The translations under genes were made by a program, and so were the position numbers. DNA of 63,911 nt, the filler included, from Octopus bimaculoides (taxonomy: Eukaryota): the NCBI RefSeq assembly GCF_001194135.2. It is 6 parts of 6 records of this genome, joined end to end, with 100 filler letters (N's around TTAATTAATTAA, not from the genome) between each part and the next. Parts side by side here need not be neighbours in the genome. Positions count along the whole stretch, not along the records: positions 39,584 to 55,841 come from NC_069009.1; positions 55,942 to 59,741 come from NC_069000.1; positions 59,842 to 62,567 come from NC_068999.1; positions 62,668 to 63,911 come from NC_068983.1; 2 more parts are not named here. One strand, written 5' to 3'. Shown here piece after piece: positions 54,991 through 63,911 of the stretch. Under the pieces are notes generated by a model. It saw only the letters and a list, made by a program, of their open reading frames with translations, did no database searches and was not told the origin of the DNA. Numbering within the stretch: position 1 is the first letter of the stretch; every line of letters begins with the position of its first letter.

Positions 54991-55584
54991 TCACACACAG
55001 ACACACACACATATATATATATTTATGTATATATGGTTAGCGAACAAGTCGATGTGGTATAAATATGCCGTCTATTTTTGTCAGTAAATTTTTTGGTTCC
55101 CAAAATCTGACTTGTGTGTCGGAAAATACGTTACTTTTGAAATCAAACTGAATCAATAAATCTGCATCCACTTCTTAGGAACGAACTGTTCGTCATTCTC
55201 CTTACTATCCTGGCTTTGCTTCATCTCTCTATCACCTTTTCAGATTAGTGGACCATTATTTAGAGGGTATCAGATTATTAATTATGAAGCAGAGGGGGGA
55301 GGTAAAAATGTTGTGTGTTTCTTTGCTTCCAAAGCGGAAGAAATTAATGCCTGTGGGATCAAAAGTTTGCAAAATAAACGAGATTATTTTATCGATAACG
55401 AAGGGAAATATTATCTTGATTAAATATATCGATTTAGACCAAAGAAGTATTTGTTTATTTCTCCATCTTGATATGCAAGAGGGCTTTCATTCCAGCCTAA
55501 TAAAAGTGAGACATTGCAGAGATGTTCCCTACATAAGATTATTTAGGTAAATAATCCTTCGTACAGACGGTCAGTAGCGACGTC

Positions 55585-55655
55585 TGCTGGGTCCGGCTGC
55601 TCTACATTGATAAGAGGCAATACCTCGAAACTAGTCTGTAGATGCCAGACCAGCA
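55585..55655 (+). ncRNA. Minimal type I hammerhead ribozyme (U3-A8 variant)
   Basis: Stem I tctaca(55601-06)/tgtaga(55637-42), extended by tgctgg/ccagca; core TTGATAA(55607-13); stem II gagg-caata-cctc(55614-26); GAAA(55627-30); stem III A-C-ta-G-T; GUC cleavage triplet at 55634-36. Confidence 0.8.
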
Positions 55656-56621
55656 AGGGGAAGCGGTTGACCTCCCCTGTTCGAAGGTTATAATGGACAC
55701 AGATTCGTGTGTCACATAGCTAGCAAGAGGCGATGGCCTCTTGGAGCTAATCAACGGCAGCATTCGTCCTATTTTTCTGGACTGCCATGTTGGCTTGGCG
55801 ATAACTATTAATTTCCAGTACTGTTGCCGTAGTCTCCTTTANNNNNNNNNNNNNNNNNNNNNNNNNNNNNNNNNNNNNNNNNNNNTTAATTAATTAANNN
55901 NNNNNNNNNNNNNNNNNNNNNNNNNNNNNNNNNNNNNNNNNATATATATATAAAAATATATATATGCATACATTTATATATATCCCACCAAAAAAAGTTG
56001 TTTGGGAAAATAATCCACCCACTAAGGAATCGTATGGATATATTTTATGTATTTCGATATGAACGCGTGCATATATTGTATATGAGCACACAAGTTTCCA
56101 TGTACACGGCTGAAGAATTTCCTGACTGCTTTTGTTCACAGTTTGTTCAATGCATGTAAAACTACGGGGAGAAAAGTAAATATAGCGGGAGACTTGCCAG
56201 TGTTGTGAGGAAATTATATCGACCTCTCAACCACATCACCATTAATCATTGTATGAGTTAGCAATACGTTTTGAATACATGTAACTATAATATTTGCACT
56301 GGTTAGCCAGGGCCGTGGGACAGGAAATGTATCTCTAGTCAATCGAAACTGTAGCCGGGGATGAGACGATGGGGCGCAGCTGTTTGGAGGCTGGCGATTT
56401 GGCACGGCTGAGTGGACTTTCAGCCTGTTGTGGCTCTCGTATACATCCCCAAATACACGCATGCGCACACTTGTGGGCAGCTAGAAAGAATCAGGGAAAA
56501 ATTAAAATGCTGATGAAGGCATAGTTACTCTGGTCTGCTAGCTTGATCTGATGCCACTGGATGATAGGGAATTGGTAAGACTCAGATAGAATCAGATAGA
56601 AAGAATGAGGGAAAAGGAGAC

Positions 56622-56676
<55 letters not shown>

Positions 56677-57324
56677 NNNNNNNNNNNNNNNNNNNNNNNN
56701 NNNNNNNNNNNNNNNNNNNNNNNNNNNNNNNNNNNNNNNNNNNNNNNNNNNNNNNNNNNNNNNNNNNNNNNNNNNNNNNNNNNNNNNNNNNNNNNNNNNN
56801 NNNNNNNNNNNNNNNNNNNNNNNNNNNNNNNNNNNNNNNNNNNNNNNNNNNNNNNNNNNNNNNNNNNNNNNNNNNNNNNNNNNNNNNNNNNNNNNNNNNN
56901 NNNNNNNNNNNNNNNNNNNNNNNNNNNNNNNNNNNNNNNNNNNNNNNNNNNNNNNNNNNNNNNNNNNNNNNNNNNNNNNNNNNNNNNNNNNNNNNNNNNN
57001 NNNNNNNNNNNNNNNNNNNNNNNNNNNNNNNNNNNNNNNNNNNNNNNNNNNNNNNNNNNNNNNNNNNNNNNNNNNNNNNNNNNNNNNNNNNNNNNNNNNN
57101 NNNNNNNNNNNNNNNNNNNNNNNNNNNNNNNNNNNNNNNNNNNNNNNNNNNNNNNNNNNNNNNNNNNNNNNNNNNNNNNNNNNNNNNNNNNNNNNNNNNN
57201 NNNNNNNNNNNNNNNNNNNNNNNNNNNNNNNNNNNNNNNNNNNNNNNNNNNNNNNNNNNNNNNNNNNNNNNNNNNNNNNNNNNNNNNNNNNNNNNNNNNN
57301 NNNNNNNNNNNNNNNNNNNNNNNA

Positions 57325-57520
57325 AAGATTTGCTGAGTGAAATCGAAAACAATGTGGCATCTTAAGACGGTTACAATACCAATGATTGTAGGAACACTTG
57401 ACATGATCAAAGAAGGAACCGAAAATTATTTGAGGATAATCTTTGGCTCACCATCGATGCAAGAGCGCAAAAGATTGTTTAAACTGCTCCGTCACACGTA
57501 TTGAGGAGAGCATTGTTGCT
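57325..57520 (+). mobile_element. R4/Dong-type LINE 3' fragment
   Basis: KDLLSEI..MWHLKTVTIPMIVGTLDMIKEG, homologous to 1-200. Confidence 0.7.
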
Positions 57521-58398
57521 GTGGATTTTCTTTCTGTTTTCCCCTTTATTTTCTTTTTCTTTTTTTGTTTCATTTCCTTATTTTTATTGTTTTCATTTCT
57601 TCTTTCCTTTTTCTTTTTTTCTTCCCTTTCTTTTCTATCACACGACTTTGTAAATGAACAATCTGGTGTGTTTATTTCAATGGCCTACCAATGTATACAG
57701 TGAGTTTTTTTTTGCCTTAGTTGCCAGGAAGACACTCGGTAAGAAATGGAAACAAAATTGAAAGAAGAGAATAATAACAACAACAACAACAATAATAATA
57801 ATGATAATAATAATATTAATAATAATGATAATGATAATGCTCGTTGATAGCTAGATTTTCGTCTTTGACAAGAACAAGGGATTACTAAGGATTAGCATAG
57901 AAAAAAGAGAATTGTTTAAAAAATTGAATATTTCTCAAGCACCAAAGGTTTGATGAATGAGAGTTAAGCAGGTGAAAATTCTTTGAATGCTGAAAACATT
58001 AAATTAGCTGGCCTAATATTCTTATTGTGTTGTAGGCTTTAAAACACCTTGTGGTTATGTTGTTTTATGATTAATTCTTACTCTGATAGTCAGTATTTGC
58101 TTGTTGAGGTGAGCGCCTAAACGAACGTCAAACGATAATGGAGAACTTTCTTTCTTCAATAATGACAACATTGTACTCGAGTCGATTCAACTGATAATTC
58201 TCCAACACAAACCGTTTAGTATTAGTTTGAAATAGCAATTTGTGCATCATGCTTAAAGCAGATACAACATTAAAAGTCTAATTAACTGCAGCATTGGACC
58301 TGAGATTGCATAATTTATAGGAAAGCTACCACCGCGGTTCGACGATTTTTGTCTAACATAGATATATTTTTGTCGTTTTTAACACAATACATCTATTA

Positions 58399-59430
58399 GA
58401 GATACTATCTAAGAATGGATACCGCAGTTAATTCGGCTTTCAATAATGTATCTAATTTAAGTATGATGTACTAATTGCTATTTTAAACTAATACTGCTTC
58501 TGTTGCACATAACGAACTCTATTTCAGTTGGCCAGCCAATTGCAGCATCAGTGATTTTTCAATCGTTGTTTTATTACATCAGTGATAGCGGATTTTATCT
58601 TAGCATGCGGTTACCAGTAGATACTTGCTACCGATAAAGAACAAGGAGGCAGAAATGCCCATTTAACAAAGCCTCTACCACTGTTGGACGATTTTAGTTT
58701 GTTATTGTTATATTTCTTTCTTTTTAATCACAGCAGGTCTATAAGAGATATTATCTCAGGATGAACACCACATTTAATTCGGCTTTCAATGATGTATCTA
58801 CTTTTTGTATGATAAACAGATTGCTATTTTAAACTAATACTGCTTTTGTTGCACATAACGAATTCTTATTCAGTTGGCCAGCTAATTGCAACCTCAGTGA
58901 TCTTCCAGTCATTGCTTTACACTATCAGCGCTAGTAAATTTTACCTGAGCATGCAGCTACTCGTGAATATTGCTACTGACAAAGCACAAGAAGGCAGAAA
59001 TGTGCATTTAGCAAAGCCTCCACCGCTGTTGGACGATTTTCGTTTGTAACTGTTATATTTGCTTCTTTTTTTAACACTGCACAACTATAAAAGATATTAT
59101 CTCAAGACGAATACCACAGTTAATTAGGCAGAAATGTGAATTTAGCCATGTTTCTACTGCTGCTGGCTGATTTTCGGTTGTTACTAATATATTTGTACTT
59201 TTTACCAATGTTTGTCTTATGAGAGATATTATCTGTGGATAATCGCTACTGACAAAGCCTAAGGAGGCAGAAATGCGAATTTAGCAACGTTTCCACGTCT
59301 TTTGATCGATTTTTGCTTGTTATAAATATATTTGTACTTTTAAGATTGTTTTATAAGAGATACTATCTCTGCACGAATACCGCAGTTAATTTGGGTTTCA
59401 AAGACGCATCGGCTTCAAGAATAAAACAGA
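58399..59430. repeat. Degenerate tandem array: two 346-bp units followed by two ~133-bp deletion derivatives
   Basis: gagata(c/t)tatct anchors at 58399, 58745, 59091, 59223 and 59357; shared ggcagaaatg and gattttcg blocks. Confidence 0.85.
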
Positions 59431-59841
59431 GATTGTTAAATCGGTTTCGTGATCATTATAATCATTATTAGTTTCTTTTGACCAGAAAAAAACATATTAT
59501 TGGTATCTGTTTTATCGTCTCTAAAGAGATTAAAGGAAATATCGATCACTAAATTAAAATTTTATCTCAGAAATCAAAAAAACAAAACCTAACTAAATGT
59601 TGTAAAATATTTTTAGTTCGGTGCTCTGTGGTTGTAGCCTTTTGAATTATTTTTTCTTCTTCTTCTTCTTCTTCTTCTTCTTCTTCTTCTTCTTCTTCTT
59701 CTCCTCCTTCTTCTTCTTCTTCTTCTCCTTCTTCTTCTTCTNNNNNNNNNNNNNNNNNNNNNNNNNNNNNNNNNNNNNNNNNNNNTTAATTAATTAANNN
59801 NNNNNNNNNNNNNNNNNNNNNNNNNNNNNNNNNNNNNNNNN

Positions 59842-59891
<50 letters not shown>

Positions 59892-60106
59892 TGTATGTAT
59901 GTATATGTATATATACACACACAACATATATGTTTACATGTATGTGTATGTATAGAAATACGCGAAGAAACGAAAAAGAAAAGCATAAAAAGAAAAAACA
60001 GCGTAGCACTCAATACATGTAATTGAAGTTCAATTTGATATCAAGCTGATCAGCTCAAAGCCTTGAAGCGAAAGATGTCCATCTACGCCTTTTTACGAGT
60101 GTGTAC

Positions 60107-60137
<31 letters not shown>

Positions 60138-60179
60138 TGTATGTATGTATGTATGTATATATATATAGAAATGTAAGGT

Positions 60180-60600
60180 CTAGGCATCGAGGTGTAGGAA
60201 GAAAGCTAGCCTCAAGCAATCGGTAGTAAATATAAAAAAGACAACAAACATCATTTATAAGAGTACAGTATTAACTGCCAACTGTATCTACACTTATATC
60301 CGTTCATGTAGCACCACCTTCAAAACCAGAGTGAGCAACCACGACTCCAGCTTTAAGTCCGAAACAAAATCTAACAATACATCGTTATCTCAGTTTATCA
60401 ATAAACTAATGTTTACACTACCAAATGGTGCATTGTCACTCACGCCAAATCATACAGCAGCTATAAGAGGTCTTGGCTATTTTGCAATCCACGGATTGTA
60501 TTAACGAACGCAACAGTATAATCTTTACCTGCAAGCATCGGTCACTAGATCTATTCTCAAAACAGAAATAACAAAAATCCCACCCCGATATTAAACTCTC
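60180..60600 (+). mobile_element. Penelope-like GIY-YIG endonuclease 3' fragment
   Basis: NIIYKSTV..YTYIRSCSTTFKTRVSNHDSSFK..TSLSQFI matches the IYxAxV..YIGxT..FKxRxxNHxxSF..TxLSxY consensus. Confidence 0.7.
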
Positions 60601-61201
60601 TACCCCTATGTATTAAACCAACGATATATCTTCTCTTTAATTCCTTATTGTCATTTACATACTTCTCTCAGTATTTTTCTTTACCATCTAAAAGTTTTTC
60701 TCTCATTTCACCTCCCTCCTCCCTCTTACCCCCCTCTTTCCTAAACTTACAAGAACATATGCCTACATACACCTCTACTACGTCATACTGTAGACATACA
60801 GCACACAACATACATTTCTCAACTGAAAACCAGTAGTAACCGCCATAATTCTTATCCCATTCTTTCTTGCTTTCTTCACGCATATACATTCTTGTCACCC
60901 CTTGACCAAAAACATTTCCCTACCCTCTTCTTTCCACTTCATTTTTTTCTAATACCACTCCCCTTGCTGATTTCTTTGATTCGGCCTAAACAACCGTATT
61001 GAATACTGCCGGTAATCTGACCGTGCAGAAATTCCTCATTCTATCTTGCTTTCTTCATGCACACTTTCCCCCCCCCCCTTGATCAAAAATGTCTCCCCAA
61101 CCTTTTCCTTTCACATTATCTTCCTAGATATGTTTGTCAGCCTCTGTCTATGTATGTATGTACGAATCTATCTATTCATCTATATTTACATAGAAAGGTA
61201 A

Positions 61202-61279
<78 letters not shown>

Positions 61280-61596
61280 GCATGTTTCAATATAAGCCTA
61301 ACTCTGCTACAATTTTTAAAACTTTTTTATGACAGATATTTCATATTTCATATTTTCGTGTCAGTTTATATATTCCAGCGTTCATACTGTCGCAACTTGT
61401 AACACTGGATATGCATTTAGCAACTTTATTGCACCGAATTACCTGCAAGAAACCATCTATAAAAAGAAAAAAGGCTTTTCCTCCATATATATATGAATAT
61501 TCGCGCGTGTGTGTGTGTACGTTATATACATATATACATATATACATATATACATATATACATATACAGACACAAAGAAATATACTTACACACGCA

Positions 61597-61628
<32 letters not shown>

Positions 61629-61835
61629 CACATGCACACGTTCACACATATACACACACATAACTAGAGGGCAAACAAGTAGAAACTTCGAAGTTACTGA
61701 CTTGTTAACCTTTTCCTTGCAAAATTGAATAAACATGAGCAATCTTACAGTTTAATGTTAAATTGTTTTTCTCTACTTCACATAACAAGCATCAATATGT
61801 ATGAATGTATGTAACATAATCCGAATATACAAAAT

Positions 61836-62159
61836 ATATATTAAAAGTCAGGGTACAATATGTACCTGTTTGCTAGAAAGAAGAGTTAAAAACTCTCCAA
61901 AACCACTCACATATATATTTAAAAAAAAGAAGAAAAAGCTTAGCTGACGAGCTTTAAGTGTTCAACACAGAAAGCGAAATCAATTGATACGTGGATATCT
62001 ACACTTCTATTTGTATTTTTACAAATGGGAAGATTATTTCTAAATATATTTGTTATATTCTCCGTACGTGTTTACAGCTAGAGAGAGACGCGTGGTTTTG
62101 AAGTTTTAAATCTTGTTTCGAGCGAACAAGTGCATATTGTAGCCTGAATTTTAATATAT
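61836..62159. mobile_element. MITE with ~70-bp imperfect TIRs
   Basis: atatattaaaagtcagggtacaatatgtacctgtttgctagaaagaagagttaaaaact..aaaaccac vs the reverse complement of gtggttttgaagttttaaatcttgtttcgagcgaacaagtgcatattgtagcctgaattttaatatat. Confidence 0.7.
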
Positions 62160-62270
62160 GTGGATATATATAATATTTGTAAACAAACCGGTTGGCTTTG
62201 TATTTTCGGAGATGGAGGGATTATGGAAGTCTTTTAGTACATAATAACTATATAATAATATGCAATAATA

Positions 62271-62435
62271 AGGCGTAGAAGTGGCTGTGTGGTAAGTGGC
62301 TTGCTTACGAACCACATGGTTCCGTGTTCAGTCCCACTGCGTGACACCTTGGGCAAGTGTCTTCTACTATGGCCTCGGGCCGACGAAAGCCTTGTGAGTG
62401 GATATGGTAGACGGAAACTGAAAGAAGCCTGTCGT
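62271..62435 (+). mobile_element. SINE family A head and core
   Basis: ggcgtagaagtggctgtgtggtaag...gttcagtcccactgcgtgacaccttgggcaagtgtc. Confidence 0.85.
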
Positions 62436-63529
62436 AAATATGTATAGATATGTGTGTGTGTGTGTGTGTGTGTGTGTCACATATTATATTACAGATAAAT
62501 TCCTCTATTTACATAATATCGAGGTCTCATTCATTCTTTTGTTGTCATACTATTGCTATTAATATACNNNNNNNNNNNNNNNNNNNNNNNNNNNNNNNNN
62601 NNNNNNNNNNNTTAATTAATTAANNNNNNNNNNNNNNNNNNNNNNNNNNNNNNNNNNNNNNNNNNNNATATATATATATATGTATATATATATGGGAGAA
62701 TATACAAATAATAACAACAGACGAGGACAGGTGGTGTAAATAACAAAAGGATATGATATATATATATATACACACATATATATATATACATGTGTGTATA
62801 TTATATTCTTAAGTCTACCATCTCATCAATCGCAGCAGCTTCCAAGCTTCATACATATATACACCCCCCCCCACCCACACACACATACATACATGCATGC
62901 ATGTCTGCCTATATGCACAATGTAGAGGAACACTCCATATCTCATTTTTCAATTGCTTCATCAGACAGAGGGTTATGTTTACAGCAAATTTCTTACCTTT
63001 TCTTGCCCCCCTGAATATTCATTTATTTTTTTTTTATACTTTTTCTTTGTCAGCACAGATGTTTGTGGAGAGGGTGAGAGTTGTTTCTAAATGTTGCAGT
63101 TCCAAAAACCTTTATAGGTAGCCTTTGGTTCTTATACATTTATGTACCTTTAACATCTGTTTATCTAACATTCCTGTTGTTCATGGAATCTTTTTGGTGA
63201 TTTGATAATAAATTTGGAATTTTCAAGTTTGAAAGAACTTTAAGATGTAAAAGATTCTCAGACTGACAGGCACTTGATAACCGACCCCTTATCTGCTAAA
63301 AGCATATATTAGTGAAAGCTTTTGTCCCCTACCAACCTTCTTTATTAATGAGAAAACAAAACAAAATTTGTATATATATACAATTCTTCATTCTTTGTCA
63401 TAGTATCAGATCAGTGGTTCCCAACCATTTTTTACCTATGAACCCCTTTGATTTCTATTTCTTTGGTGGGCCTTCACAGTCAATCAATGTTTAAAAAAAT
63501 CTTGTATTTGTATAAATTTGTATAATTTA

Positions 63530-63911
63530 GTCACCCGTATTATGAACCAGGTGATACACGAAGGAGTCATACCCAATGACTGGTGTAGCAGCATCATAGT
63601 CAACTGCTACAAAGGTAAAGGTGACGCTTTAGATACAAATAATTACAGAGGCATCAAGCTGTTAGATCAGGTTATGAAAGTTACAGAGAGGGTCATAGCC
63701 CAACTAATTAGGGAGCGAATCAATTTAGATGAGATGCAGTTTGGGTTCGTGCCAGGTAAAAGCACTACTGATGCCTTATTTCTAGTGAGACAGTTGCAGG
63801 AGAAATACCTAGCTAAGGATAAACCTCTGTACCTGGCTTTCGTTGACATGGAGAAAGCCTTTGACAGGGTACCCCGATCCCTTATCTGGTGATCAATGAG
63901 GAAACTTGGGA
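63530..63911 (+). mobile_element. RTE-clade LINE reverse transcriptase fragment (runs off window end)
   Basis: IPNDWCSSIIVNCYKGKGD..NYRGIKLL..QFGFVPGKSTTDALF..LAFVDMEKAFDRVPR; in-frame TGA after SLIW. Confidence 0.92.

Noticed and set aside
60967-61000. Hammerhead-like remnant ctgat...ggcc taaac aacc gta after the fourth PLE; also ttgatgagtcc at about 35514
   Set aside because: Core and stem II too broken to support a call.
63052-63121. Possible extra Cys-containing exon (DVCGEGESCF / SKCCSSK)
   Set aside because: In-frame stop in the phase-1 frame and weak donors; not supported as part of the EMI/EGF gene.

Overview
Eukaryotic, AT-rich, microsatellite-saturated genomic DNA with many N gaps. 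The tRNA-derived SINE families and repeat landscape look cephalopod (Octopus-like); this is an inference, not a database result. Almost all long ORFs in the supplied track are microsatellite or N-run artefacts. Real host coding content is small and on the + strand: (1) one isolated 138-bp exon (3424-3561) of a GABA-B receptor subunit-2-like class C GPCR; (2) a secreted protein gene with CCAAT/TATA promoter and four phase-compatible exons (43760-43887, 52208-52297, 53390-53466, 54375-54491) encoding signal peptide, EMI-like domain and calcium-binding EGF domain. The rest is decayed mobile DNA: many R4/Dong-type REL-endonuclease LINEs (several ending in or next to (AAT)n arrays), four Penelope-like elements, RTE and CR1/L2 pieces, Helitron, mariner, Tc1, piggyBac and Gypsy fragments, three SINE families, MITEs and local tandem repeats. 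The best hidden signal is a well-formed minimal type I hammerhead ribozyme at 55585-55655. It has a compensatory U3-A8 core (UUGAUAA) and a palindromic ACUAGU stem III, sits in a run of hairpins just downstream of the last clear exon of the secreted-protein gene, and is a candidate Penelope pLTR or retrozyme-like element.
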